Source: an uncultured Bacillota bacterium
Lineage (GTDB): Bacteria; Sysuimicrobiota; Sysuimicrobiia; Sysuimicrobiales; Segetimicrobiaceae
Assembly: GCA_963804645.1 (NCBI GenBank)
Contig: CAWDRG010000009.1
Span: 1,056,001 to 1,120,000 of the forward strand
Length of the DNA stretch: 64,000 nt
Direction of reading: 5' to 3'
In this document: positions 1 to 9,236 of the stretch, in pieces
Position numbering within the stretch: position 1 is the first letter of the stretch
Layout of the letters: every line of letters begins with the position of its first letter
Program-made: the position numbers and the translations under genes
The notes under the pieces: model-generated
Databases searched by the model: none
What the model was told of the DNA's origin: nothing
Seen by the model: only the letters and a program-made list of their open reading frames with translations

Positions 1-567
1 CCGACCGCGTACTGGATCCAGCTCCGGCTCCCCCGTCTGCGGCCGCTCGTCGAATTTATCACGCTGCTGCCGCTGGTGATTCCCGCCATCGTCCTTGTGT
101 TCGGCTACCTGCGGCTCTACAACAGCGCGTCCTGGCTGCCGCTGACGGGCAGCGACCGAACCACGGACCTGCTGCTGATGTTCAGCTACGTGACGCTGGC
201 CCTGCCGTACATGTACCGCTCGGTCGACACCGGGCTGCGCGCCATTGACGTGCACACGCTGACCGAGGCCGCGCAGAGCCTGGGTGCCGGATCGTCGACG
301 ATCCTCCTGCGGGTGATTCTCCCCAACGTGCGGGTCGCGGTGGTGAGCGGTGCGTTTCTGACGTTCGCGATCGTCATCGGCGAGTTCACGATGGCGAGCC
401 TGCTGGATCGCCCTGCGTTCGGTCCGTACCTGCAGCTGATCGGCGCGAATCGCGCCTACGAGCCGGCGGCGCTCGCGATCATCAGCTTCGCGATCACGTG
501 GGCGTGCATGGGGTTCCTTCAGATTTTCGCGCGGGGCGCCGCCGGACAGGCGGCCGGGACGCACTAG
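1..567 (+). CDS. ABC transporter permease, PotC/CysW-like (5' end lies outside the window)
   Basis: Hydrophobic ORF with EAA loop (LTEAAQSLGA..ILLRVILP) and IGEF motif; directly upstream of a PotA-like ATPase. Confidence 0.9.
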   Translation, partial: PTAYWIQLRLPRLRPLVEFITLLPLVIPAIVLVFGYLRLYNSASWLPLTGSDRTTDLLLMFSYVTLALPYMYRSVDTGLRAIDVHTLTEAAQSLGAGSSTILLRVILPNVRVAVVSGAFLTFAIVIGEFTMASLLDRPAFGPYLQLIGANRAYEPAALAIISFAITWACMGFLQIFARGAAGQAAGTH

Positions 568-601
568 CGACGGACCACGCCGTGCGGTGGGCGGAGGCGG
601 C

Positions 602-1675
602 ATGACCTTTCTCGAGCTCGCGGATCTGCAGAAGCAATTCGGGACCACCACGGCGGTGAAACACGTCCAGCTCGAGGTTGAGCGCGGTGAGTTCGTGTCG
701 CTGCTGGGACCGAGCGGGTGCGGCAAGACGACGACGCTGCGCATGATTGCCGGGTTCGAGCTGCCGTCGTCGGGCGCAATCCGCCTGGACGGAGTGGACA
801 TCACGCGGACGCCGCCGAACCGGCGCCACGTCGGGATGGTGTTCCAATCCTACGCGCTGTTTCCCAACATGAACGTCGCCGCGAACATCGGATTCGGACT
901 GAAGGTGGCGAAGCGGACCGCCGCGGAGATCAGCGGGCGCGTGGACGAAATGCTCAACCTCATCAAGCTCCCGGAGCTCGGGCATCGCTACCCCTACCAG
1001 CTGTCCGGCGGGCAGCAGCAGCGGGTCGCCCTGGCGCGCGCCCTCGCGATTCGGCCGCAGGTGCTGCTCCTCGACGAGCCGCTCTCAGCGCTGGACGCGA
1101 AGATCCGCATCGCGCTTCGGGCCGAGATGCGCGCGATCCAGCGTGAGCTGGGCATTACCACCATCTACGTCACGCACGACCAGGAGGAGGCGCTGTCCCT
1201 CTCTGATCGCGTCGTGGTCATGAACGAAGGACGCGTCGAACAGATCGGGACGCCGTTTGAGGTGTACAATTTCCCGCACACGGCGTTCGTCGCCTCGTTC
1301 GTCGGTACCCTGAACATCCTGCGCGGCCGGGTGTCCGACCCTGCGCGCGGTGCGATCGCGATCGACGGGCAGGAGGTGTTCGCGCCGAGCGGACTGGAGC
1401 ACTCGCGGCCGGGCGACGCGTGCTCGTTCGCGCTTCGTCCCGAAATCGTCTCGATCGGCGATGCTCCGGGAAACGCGAACCGGATGCAGGGCACGGTTGA
1501 GGACGTGACCTTTCTGGGCTCGATCGTGCGGATCCGGGTGCGCTTCAAAGACAACGCGATCTCGCTCGACACGTTCAGCAACCCGCGGATGTCCCCGCCG
1601 CAGCGGGGTGAAGCGCTCACGGTGAGCTTTTCGCGTGAAGCCATGCTCGCGCTGGAGGCGTCTTCCGCGACCTGA
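602..1675 (+). CDS. ABC transporter ATP-binding protein, PotA/MalK-like, with C-terminal TOBE domain
   Basis: Walker A GPSGCGKT, LSGGQQQR, LLLDEPLSALD, YVTHDQEEA; GGAGG RBS before ATG 602. Confidence 0.95.
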   Translation: MTFLELADLQKQFGTTTAVKHVQLEVERGEFVSLLGPSGCGKTTTLRMIAGFELPSSGAIRLDGVDITRTPPNRRHVGMVFQSYALFPNMNVAANIGFGLKVAKRTAAEISGRVDEMLNLIKLPELGHRYPYQLSGGQQQRVALARALAIRPQVLLLDEPLSALDAKIRIALRAEMRAIQRELGITTIYVTHDQEEALSLSDRVVVMNEGRVEQIGTPFEVYNFPHTAFVASFVGTLNILRGRVSDPARGAIAIDGQEVFAPSGLEHSRPGDACSFALRPEIVSIGDAPGNANRMQGTVEDVTFLGSIVRIRVRFKDNAISLDTFSNPRMSPPQRGEALTVSFSREAMLALEASSAT

Positions 1676-1715
1676 CGCAAGGCACGTTCCGGCGATCGCG
1701 AGTGTGCCAAGACGC

Positions 1716-1748
1716 CAGCCGGGGGCGCCCAGACGACGCCCCCGGCTG
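1716..1748. terminator. GC-rich hairpin between convergent genes (probable terminator)
   Basis: CAGCCGGGGGCG-N9-CGCCCCCGGCTG, perfect 12-bp stem; no U-tract. Confidence 0.55.
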
Positions 1749-1756
1749 CGACACGC

Positions 1757-3232
1757 CTACTTGCCGCGATTCTGGCACGACTGGTTCGACTGACCCTGTT
1801 GGTTTCCGCACTGCTGTCTGGAGTTCTGCTGCGGCTGATGCGCCGGCGTGTTGGTAGGCTGCCGGTACGCAGGCTGCGGCTGATGGACCGGCGTGTTGGT
1901 GGGCTGCCGGTACGCAGGCTGCGGCTGATGGACCGGCGTGTTGATAGGCTGCCGGTAGCAGCTCGGCTTGGACCGGCGTGTTGTGGCTGCCGGTACGCAG
2001 GCTGCGGTTGATGGACCGGCGTGTTGGTGGGCTGCCGGTACGCAGGCTGCGGCTGATGGACCGGCGTGTTGATAGGCTGCCGGTACGCAGGCTGCGGCTG
2101 GTGGACCGGCGTGTTGGTGGGCTGCCGGTACGCAGGCTGCGGCTGATGGACCGGCGTGTTGGTAGGCTGCCGGTACGCCGGCTGCGGCTGATGGACCGGC
2201 GTGTTGGTGGGCTGCCGGTACGCCGGCTGCGGCTGATGGACCGGCGTGTTGGTGGGCTGCCGGTACGCGCGGGCTGCGGCTGGTGGGACCGGCGTGTTGG
2301 TGGGCTGCCGGTACGCAGGCTGCGGCTGATGGGCCGGCGTGTTGGTGGGCTGCCGGTACGCCGGCTGCGGCTGGTGGGCCGGCGTGTTGGTGGGCTGCCG
2401 GTACGCCGGCTGCGCCTGATGTTGCGGAACGCCGTGGGCTGGGAGGCGATGGAGTTCGGCCGCCATCATATGGGCCGGTGCGTCCCAGTGCGGATCTCCC
2501 TGACGGACTGCGGCACTCACATACGTGCTCACATTCGCCCCCGCGTACGGGCGATACGCCGGCCGATAATAGTGCTGCCGATATGGACCCCAGTACGGAT
2601 ACCGATAGACGTGCCCGGCGGGATCACGCGAGACGAGGTATGGATTACCGTCGACCGTCACCGTACCAAGGACGATGCCGACGATCGGCAGGGCGACCGT
2701 AATGATCGCGGCCGACGCAGGATAGAATCCCGTGTATCGCCGGTAGCCGGCATGGTAGTAGTACCGGTAGTAGCCGCCATAGTAGGGATACAGGTAGTAG
2801 TGTCCGTCAGGGGCGTAGACTGCCAGGTAGAGAAGTCCCGTGACCACGACCGTTCCCAGCACGGTACCCCAGATGGGGAGCGGAGCCACGACCTGTGCCG
2901 CGACCGGGGCCACGGCGATGGGACCGGTGACGTTCACAGCCGTGGCGACGCAGCTGGTCTCCGCTAGCTGTGAGCCACACTGTTGCCGGCGCACCGACGT
3001 ACCCCTCGAGGCTGCAGAACGGCAGGTTCGTCGCGTCCACGCTCGCATACGAGTCATTTGACGCGTCAAACGTCTGCTGGCCGCTTGCCGTATTCACGAC
3101 CACGGTCCCGGACTGGCAGTCGACGGCCGCGATCGTCCCGCGCACGGCTACGGTCGATTGTGCGGACGCGACCCCGTTCAATCCGAGGAGTGGAAGCATG
3201 AGGCTCAGCGCGATAGCGATGATCGCTTTCAT
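1757..3232 (-). CDS. Secreted protein with two Tyr-rich modules and a Pro/Gln 15-aa tandem-repeat tail; frameshifted in this sequence
   Basis: AAGGAGG RBS, then signal peptide MKAIIAIALSLMLPLLGLNGVASA; a 1-nt frame break near 2951 joins GDQL to VATAVNV; indels inside the repeat; the repeat frame ends QQNSRQQCGNQQGQSNQSCQNRGK-TAG at 1757. Confidence 0.75.
1830..2420 (-). repeat. About 13 copies of a 45-bp coding tandem repeat (HQPQPAYRQPTNTP[V/A])
   Basis: Unit ggcgtgttggt(a/g)ggctgccggtacgcaggctgcggctgatggacc recurs at a 45-nt period (e.g. 1845, 1890) with no spacers; corrupted units near 1960-1990 and 2270. Confidence 0.95.
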
Positions 3233-3547
3233 GAGGCACCTCCTTGCACGGCCAGTCGCTCGTGAGGCGCTGTCTTGCAATCCCCGGCGTCACCGAACGT
3301 CGGCTGTGCCTCTTTGAGGTTACCCCTCGGACATGAAAACCTAGCGCACGCCGCATGCGGAACTCGTGAAGAGCTAATGAAGAAGCCAGAGGCGACGATG
3401 ACTGCGCGATGTTCGTCGCGGTGGAGCGGGCTGAGCCGTCGACGCGTTGCGTGACGTTCCGAACAGGTGCGGCGCAGCGTCGCGCCCTCGCGGACGCCGG
3501 GCATTCACGATCCAGGGAGGGCTTTCCGGCGCGGCGAAGGAGGCCGC

Positions 3548-4792
3548 GTGACTGCGCGGGGGACGTCGTGCGAGATCAACGGCGAGCGGCTGTGGGCCGC
3601 GCTCATGGCCATGGCCGAAATCGGCGCGACGGCGGACGGCGGGGTGCGGCGGCTCGCGCTGAGCGATGAAGACCGGGCAGCGCGTGAACGCTTGATCTGT
3701 TGGTTCGAGCGCGCCGGCTTGGCGGTCCGCGTCGACGATCTGGGAAACATCTACGGGCGGCGCGCCGGGACAGCGCCGCACGAGGCGTCCGTCGTCATGG
3801 GGTCGCACCTCGACACGGTCCCGACCGGCGGCAGATTCGACGGGGCGCTCGGGGTGCTCGGCGCGCTCGAGGTGGTGCGCGCTCTCGACGATGCCGGGCT
3901 CCGGACGTGGCGCCCGCTCGAAGTCGTCTGCTGGACCAATGAAGAGGGCGTCCGGTTTCCGCCGGCCATGCTCGCCAGCGGAGTCATCTCCGGTCAGTTC
4001 ACACGGGACCAAGTGTACGCGGTCCGAGACGACGCCGGGCGCACCTTTGGCGAGGAACTGCACCGCATCGGCTACGCGGGTGCGGAGGCGTCCCGGCTGT
4101 CCGCCGCCGCGGCGTACCTCGAATTGCACATCGAGCAGGGCCCCGTATTGGAAGAGGCGGGCGCGGACGTCGGCATCGTCGAGGGCGTGGAGGGCATCTC
4201 ATGGAGCCGCATCGAGGTGACCGGCCGTGCGGCGCATGCCGGCCCGACCCCGCTCGCGGATCGTCGGGACGCGCTTCTCGCCGCATCCAGGCTGGTCGTC
4301 GCGTTCCGGGAGATCGCGGAGCGCGCGCCCGGCGTCCGGGCCACCGTGGGACGCCTCGAGGTCGTGCCCAACGCGATCAACGTGGTGCCCGGGACCGTGC
4401 GCCTGACGGCCGACCTCCGCGCGCCGCGAACGGAGGCGCTGGACGAAGCGCTCGCCGCTGTTCGCGAGGCGTGCGCGCGCACGGCCCGCGACGACGGCGT
4501 GACAGTCGAGGCCGCGGAATTCTGGCGGAGTCCGCCGACCCCGTTCGCTCCCGACGTCGTCGCGGTGATCGCCGAGGCGGCGCGGGTGCGCGGATATCAG
4601 GCGCGGCGATTGTGGGCCGGTGCGGGACACGACGCGAAGTACCTCGCGGACCGGTTCCCTTCGGGGATGATCTTTGTCCCAAGCGCGGGGGGCCTGAGCC
4701 ACAACCCGGCGGAATGGACGGCGCCGGACGCGTGCGCGAGGGGGGCCGCTGTGCTGATGGGCGCGGCGCGGGCGCTCGCGGAGCGCGCATAG
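3548..4792 (+). CDS. M20 Zn-dependent amidohydrolase (N-carbamoyl-amino-acid/allantoate amidohydrolase type)
   Basis: GSHLDTVPTGGRFDG, WTNEEG, ELHIEQG, AHAG, GAGHDA, SHNPAE; GAAGGAGG RBS before GTG. Confidence 0.92.
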   Translation: MTARGTSCEINGERLWAALMAMAEIGATADGGVRRLALSDEDRAARERLICWFERAGLAVRVDDLGNIYGRRAGTAPHEASVVMGSHLDTVPTGGRFDGALGVLGALEVVRALDDAGLRTWRPLEVVCWTNEEGVRFPPAMLASGVISGQFTRDQVYAVRDDAGRTFGEELHRIGYAGAEASRLSAAAAYLELHIEQGPVLEEAGADVGIVEGVEGISWSRIEVTGRAAHAGPTPLADRRDALLAASRLVVAFREIAERAPGVRATVGRLEVVPNAINVVPGTVRLTADLRAPRTEALDEALAAVREACARTARDDGVTVEAAEFWRSPPTPFAPDVVAVIAEAARVRGYQARRLWAGAGHDAKYLADRFPSGMIFVPSAGGLSHNPAEWTAPDACARGAAVLMGAARALAERA

Positions 4793-4902
4793 TATGCAAG
4801 GCACGGTCGCAGCGGCGCGGCGCCCGTCGGCGCCGAGGCCGCATCGTGGTGAGCTGCTCCGAGCGGGAGAGTCCTAGGGCAGGTCCGAGCGTACTGCGGC
4901 CG

Positions 4903-5208
4903 TCAGGGGACGACCCGGCGGAGGGACGGTATCCGCAGCAGGATGATCGCGTCCCTTCCATCCACCGCCTTCGTCTGTGACGCGGACGAGAAATTGTAGA
5001 CTCGTCCCGAAACCGGACCGCGCACACTCAAGGGTGCGTCGCCGACGTAGTGCAGGATGACGTGGCCGGGCGGGGCCGGCTTCGTCGTGCCGGCCGATGG
5101 AACCGGCCGTACCGATTGGGGGCCGCTCGGCGCCGCATCCGGATTCGACGTGCGTGCAGCCGGCGGCGGATTATTCCGCAGGGCGGCGCGTTTCTGTCCG
5201 CAGCACAT
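4903..5208 (-). CDS. Small hypothetical protein with N-terminal MCCG motif
   Basis: MCCGQKR start with GGAGG RBS; low-complexity linker then a compact C-terminal domain (YVGDAPLSVRGPVSGRVYNF...VDGRDA); overlaps the upstream gene. Confidence 0.65.
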   Translation of the reverse strand: MCCGQKRAALRNNPPPAARTSNPDAAPSGPQSVRPVPSAGTTKPAPPGHVILHYVGDAPLSVRGPVSGRVYNFSSASQTKAVDGRDAIILLRIPSLRRVVP

Positions 5209-5542
5209 GAGTCGCGCTGTCCTCCGAGAGGTCGGGCATCGATGTCAGTGCGACCGGCGGCTGACCGAGGCGCTCCAGCAGGCATGCCGCGCCCGAGAGT
5301 GCCAGCCACGAAAACAGCCATAGCAGTGGGTCGCGAGTGACGAAGAGCGCCGCGGGAGCGGCGATCCACAAGCTGAGACACTGAAAGCAGTCCATCAGCG
5401 TCGCCGCCCAGCCGTGTCCCAAACTGGCTCGGATGCGCGCGATGACGTCCCCGGGTCCATCCTCGGCCGCCACCAAGTGCGTCACCCGCCACGTGGCGAG
5501 TCCGGCCAGGACGAATCGTGTCCAGAAGCTGACGTCAGCCAT
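5171..5542 (-). CDS. DUF1360-like small membrane protein with CxxC
   Basis: LATWRVTHLVAAEDGP...LMDCFQCLSLW pattern and hydrophobic helices typical of DUF1360-like proteins. Confidence 0.7.
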   Translation of the reverse strand: MADVSFWTRFVLAGLATWRVTHLVAAEDGPGDVIARIRASLGHGWAATLMDCFQCLSLWIAAPAALFVTRDPLLWLFSWLALSGAACLLERLGQPPVALTSMPDLSEDSATHVLRTETRRPAE

Positions 5543-5762
5543 CGCGACGGGTGAAGAAGGCGCCGCGCGGTCCTTGGCCGCGCGTCCGTTACGGGGTGGT
5601 TCGCGCGGCGCGCCCGGTCATCCTGCGGCCGCGCCGCGTGATGCCTCGTCCCCTCCGCGCGCGGCCCGGGGCGTGCCCGCGGGGAGGAGGCGTCTTCGGG
5701 AGCGGGAACAGTTCTAGAGCAGTACGTCTGCGGGATCGTGGTCCGTGCCCCGGAGGGATCTG

Positions 5763-7100
5763 ATGGCCGCGTTTGACGCCCGCCGCATCGCCGAGGATCA
5801 CCGCGACGAGATCGTCGCGCTCGCGCGTGATCTCGTGCGGATCGACACGACCAACACCGGCGTGATGCCGACGGGGAACGAGACCGAGGCGGCGCTCCAC
5901 CTGCAGAAGACGCTGCGGGCCGCTGGCCTCGACGGGGAGGTCCACGGCCGGGTACCCGAGCGCGGCAATCTCTTCGCGTCGCTTGCCGGACGGAGCGGGG
6001 ACACCGCGCTCGTCCTGCTGTCACATACGGACGTCGTGCCCGCGGGGGATCTGAGCCAGTGGACGCACCCTCCGTTTGCCGGGATCGTCGAGGACGGGTT
6101 CCTGCACGGGCGGGGCGCGGCCGACATGAAGGGCACCGTCGCCGCGCAGGCGATGACGCTCATGCTGCTGAAGCGCCTCGGGGTGCCGCTCGAGCACGGC
6201 GTTGGGTTCGTGTGCGTGGCGGACGAGGAGGCGGGCGGCGCGTACGGCGCCGGATGGTCGGCGGCGACGTATCCGGAACGGTTCCGCGCCCGGTGCTGTC
6301 TCTGCGAGGGCGGCGGATCGTTCGTGCAGCTCGACGGGCGGGACTGGTGCCTGCTCGGCGTCGGAGAGAAGGGCCGGTACGAGGTCACGGCGGTGTTTCG
6401 GGGCCGCGGCGCGCACGCCGCCAGGCCGTGGCAGGGGGAGAACGCGTTCTTTAAAGTCGCGGACGCGCTCGCGCGCCTGCGGGACTATGAGCCCGAGCGC
6501 GACGTCGCGGCGCCGATCTTCGACACGCTCGCCCGCGCTCAGAGGCCGGTCACGGCGGCCACCGTCGACAGCGTGATCGCCCGGCTGGCGTCCTCGCACG
6601 GGCGCCTCGCCGACCACCTCCGGCAGGTCTCGCGTCTCGTCATCACCCCCACGCTCGTGTCGGGCGGGGTGAAGTCGAACAGCGTGCCGGATGCGTGCCG
6701 TCTCGTCTGCGACGTCCGCGCGTTGCCTCAACAGGGACCGGCGTACGTCGCGGCGCTCGCCGAGCGTCTGCTGGCCGGGGCCGACGTCCGGGTCGACCAG
6801 ACCGCGGTCGCCAACCAGTCGGCCGCGCCCCGGGATCTCGTGGCGGTCTTCGCCGACGCGCTGCGCGACGCGCTCGGCCGCGACGCCGACGTCGTGCCGA
6901 CCCTGAGCGGAGGGTTTACCGACTCGCGGTTCGTGCGCGAGCTCGGCGTGCCGGCCTACGGGTTCGCGCCGGGGCACCCGGAGAGCGATCCATCGAAGCA
7001 CCGCGCCCACGGGCCGAACGAATCGGTCGCGATCCGAGACCTCGTGGTGCAGACCGCGACGTACCTCGGGATCGCCCACCGGCTTGCCGCGGCGCGCTAG
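5763..7100 (+). CDS. M20/M25/M40 metallopeptidase (ArgE/DapE-like)
   Basis: SHTDVVP, GRGAADMKG, ADEEAGG, CEGG, GAHAA, FTDSRF, AHGPNE. Confidence 0.92.
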   Translation: MAAFDARRIAEDHRDEIVALARDLVRIDTTNTGVMPTGNETEAALHLQKTLRAAGLDGEVHGRVPERGNLFASLAGRSGDTALVLLSHTDVVPAGDLSQWTHPPFAGIVEDGFLHGRGAADMKGTVAAQAMTLMLLKRLGVPLEHGVGFVCVADEEAGGAYGAGWSAATYPERFRARCCLCEGGGSFVQLDGRDWCLLGVGEKGRYEVTAVFRGRGAHAARPWQGENAFFKVADALARLRDYEPERDVAAPIFDTLARAQRPVTAATVDSVIARLASSHGRLADHLRQVSRLVITPTLVSGGVKSNSVPDACRLVCDVRALPQQGPAYVAALAERLLAGADVRVDQTAVANQSAAPRDLVAVFADALRDALGRDADVVPTLSGGFTDSRFVRELGVPAYGFAPGHPESDPSKHRAHGPNESVAIRDLVVQTATYLGIAHRLAAAR

Positions 7101-7129
7101 CCGCGATCGTCACAAAGGAGGGGAGCACC

Positions 7130-7438
7130 GTGTTCACCGCGTTTGTGTTCTTCCAGACCGAGCGGCGCCGCACGCAGGACGTGGCACGGCAGCTGGCCGA
7201 AATCCCGGGGGTCGCGGAGGTGTACTCGATCACGGGGGAGTGGGACATCATCGCCGTCCTGCGCCTCAAAGACTACAGTCAACTGTCCGATACCGTGACC
7301 GGGAAGATGGTGGAGATCCCCGGCATCGTCCGCACGAACACGCATCTCGCGTTTCGCGCATACCCCCAGTCGCTACTCGAGCGGTCCTTCTCGGTGGGGC
7401 TGGAAGACGAGCCGGAGACCGGCGGCCGGGGCACGTAA
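7130..7438 (+). CDS. Stand-alone Lrp/AsnC ligand-binding (RAM) domain protein
   Basis: AAGGAGG RBS + GTG; IPGVAEVYSITGEWDIIAVL...IPGIVRTNT; no HTH. Confidence 0.85.
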   Translation: MFTAFVFFQTERRRTQDVARQLAEIPGVAEVYSITGEWDIIAVLRLKDYSQLSDTVTGKMVEIPGIVRTNTHLAFRAYPQSLLERSFSVGLEDEPETGGRGT

Positions 7439-7536
7439 GCGCGCCGCCCGCGGACCGCGCCTCGGCCGCGATCGGGTTGGGCGCTCCGCGTTCAGCGGTC
7501 CGCCGCGCCACGCACGGACGGCCCGCGCTGCGCGCG

Positions 7537-7545
7537 TGCTACAAT
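7537..7545 (+). promoter_or_regulatory. Extended -10 promoter element for the J-domain gene
   Basis: TGcTACAAT 11 nt before ATG 7557; no RBS, so the mRNA is nearly leaderless. Confidence 0.5.
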
Positions 7546-7556
7546 GGTAGCCGGCG

Positions 7557-7991
7557 ATGCGATTCCGGCCCGAAATCGACTACTACGAGATCCTTCAAGT
7601 GCACCCCCGCGCCTCCCAGGAGATGATCAAGAAGGCGTACCGCACGTTGATGGGCGAGATGCGCGGGCACCCGGATCTTGGGGGGGATCCGGAGGGCGCG
7701 AAGCTGATCAACGAGGCCTATTCGGTGGTGGGCGACCCGGATCTCCGCCGCGCGTACGACCGCGCGCGAGGCGGCCGCGACCCGCGGCCTGCCGTCGGCA
7801 CGACGCCTGCCGGGCTCGACCGCGCCGGCGCGATGTTCAACAAGCTCGTGCTGACGGCCGCGGTGGTCGGCGCCGGCATGATGCTGGCTCGTCTGCTCGA
7901 GAATCCGGCGCTGACGCTTGCCGACGCCGTCGCGATGGTCGCGGTGCTGCTGCGGATCTGGAGTCAGGCCGCGATGACCCGAGGGCGCTGA
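7557..7991 (+). CDS. J-domain (DnaJ-like) protein with C-terminal membrane helices
   Basis: DYYEILQV..IKKAYR..HPD..INEAYSVVGDP..RRAYD, followed by two hydrophobic segments. Confidence 0.88.
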   Translation: MRFRPEIDYYEILQVHPRASQEMIKKAYRTLMGEMRGHPDLGGDPEGAKLINEAYSVVGDPDLRRAYDRARGGRDPRPAVGTTPAGLDRAGAMFNKLVLTAAVVGAGMMLARLLENPALTLADAVAMVAVLLRIWSQAAMTRGR

Positions 7992-8010
7992 TCCGGCCCG
8001 GGCGGAGCGG

Positions 8011-9123
8011 CTACTTCGACGACGCGGCTTGCAGCTTGGCGCACGACGCCTGAATGCGCTGGAACGCGTCCCAGGTGGCGACGTACTGCCCCCGCAGCGC
8101 CTGCTGCTGGCGCTCGATCGACTGATCGTCCGCCTCCCGCTGCTGGCGGAACTTCTCGAGCGTCTGCGCGGCCTGTTCCATGTCGGCGTAGTCGGCGCGG
8201 AAACTCGCGCGGTCCCGCGTGAGCGCGTTTGTGTCGGCGGTGAGGCGCGCCTGCACCTGGTTCATCCGGTCGTCGGCTCTGCGCTCGTAGTCGATCTGCC
8301 GGCTCAGCGCGTCGATCGCCTGCTGGTCGTGGCGGACTTTGACGTCGTCGGCCCCGGCGCGTGCGCGGTCCTGCTGGAGCGTCTGCGAGTCCCGCGTGTC
8401 CTGGGCCCGGAGGGCCTGCATCTGCTGGTCATACGCCCGGTCGTCGCTTTCCCGCTGCGCCCGCTGCTGGACCGTCGCGGTGGTCCCGGTGGTCCCGGTG
8501 CTCTGTCCCATCCCCTGGCCCGTCTGTGCGCCGACGGTGCGTGCCTGCAGGACGTACGTCCGATAGGTGCTCGCCCGCTGCTGCTCGAGCTGCTTCATCG
8601 CCTGCTCGTCTTGCTGGACCCTGGTTTCATCGGCCTGGACCCGCGCCTGATCCTGGGCGAGTGCCTGCGCGTCTTGGTCGGCCTGGGCCTTCAGCGCGGT
8701 CAGCTGCTGCTCGAGGCCCTGGAGATTCGCTGGCCCGCGAAACGCGTCGAGGTCGTGCTGGTCCCGCGCCGCCGTGGCCTCGTCCGCCTGCACGCGCGCG
8801 CGATCGCTCCGGATCGCCTGATCGTCCCGCGCCGCTTGCGCGTAGTACGGCTGCATCTCCTGTTCGATCGTCTGGTCGTCCTGCTTTTTCTGGGCGGTGA
8901 GCTGCAACAGCGACCGGCGCACCTGATCGTGGGACGCCTGATCCGCAGCTTCTTGCCCGAGACACTCTTCGAGCGCGATTTTGGGGGACGCGGTTTGCGG
9001 CTGGGTGGTAGCCGTAGTGGATCCCGGCGTCGCCGGCGTGCCGCCGGAGGCGGCGGCGCCCTGCACGCGCGCGGTCGTTCCGAGCAGCATCAAAATCGCG
9101 ACGACCGCGGGCAGCGTCTTCAT
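8011..9123 (-). CDS. Secreted Gln/Asp/Ala-rich coiled-coil protein
   Basis: Signal peptide MKTLPAVVAILMLLGTTARVQG; long heptad-periodic segments; only two Cys, one near each end. Confidence 0.75.
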   Translation of the reverse strand: MKTLPAVVAILMLLGTTARVQGAAASGGTPATPGSTTATTQPQTASPKIALEECLGQEAADQASHDQVRRSLLQLTAQKKQDDQTIEQEMQPYYAQAARDDQAIRSDRARVQADEATAARDQHDLDAFRGPANLQGLEQQLTALKAQADQDAQALAQDQARVQADETRVQQDEQAMKQLEQQRASTYRTYVLQARTVGAQTGQGMGQSTGTTGTTATVQQRAQRESDDRAYDQQMQALRAQDTRDSQTLQQDRARAGADDVKVRHDQQAIDALSRQIDYERRADDRMNQVQARLTADTNALTRDRASFRADYADMEQAAQTLEKFRQQREADDQSIERQQQALRGQYVATWDAFQRIQASCAKLQAASSK

Positions 9124-9236
9124 GCCAGGGACCCCCTGCGCCGCGGAGCCCCGGTCGGTTCCGCGGGGCGGGCGCAGCACCTGTTATGCCCAGATCGTGC
9201 GGCGCCCAGCCGCGTCCGCCCGTGCCGGACGAGGGT

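Noticed and set aside
1830..2420. CRISPR array
   Set aside because: The units are contiguous with no unique spacers, the period is a multiple of 3 and in frame with a protein, and no cas genes are present
3320..3345. SigB/SigF-type promoter (GTTT...GGGTAA) for the secreted repeat protein
   Set aside because: The spacer is only 11 nt, shorter than expected for this promoter class
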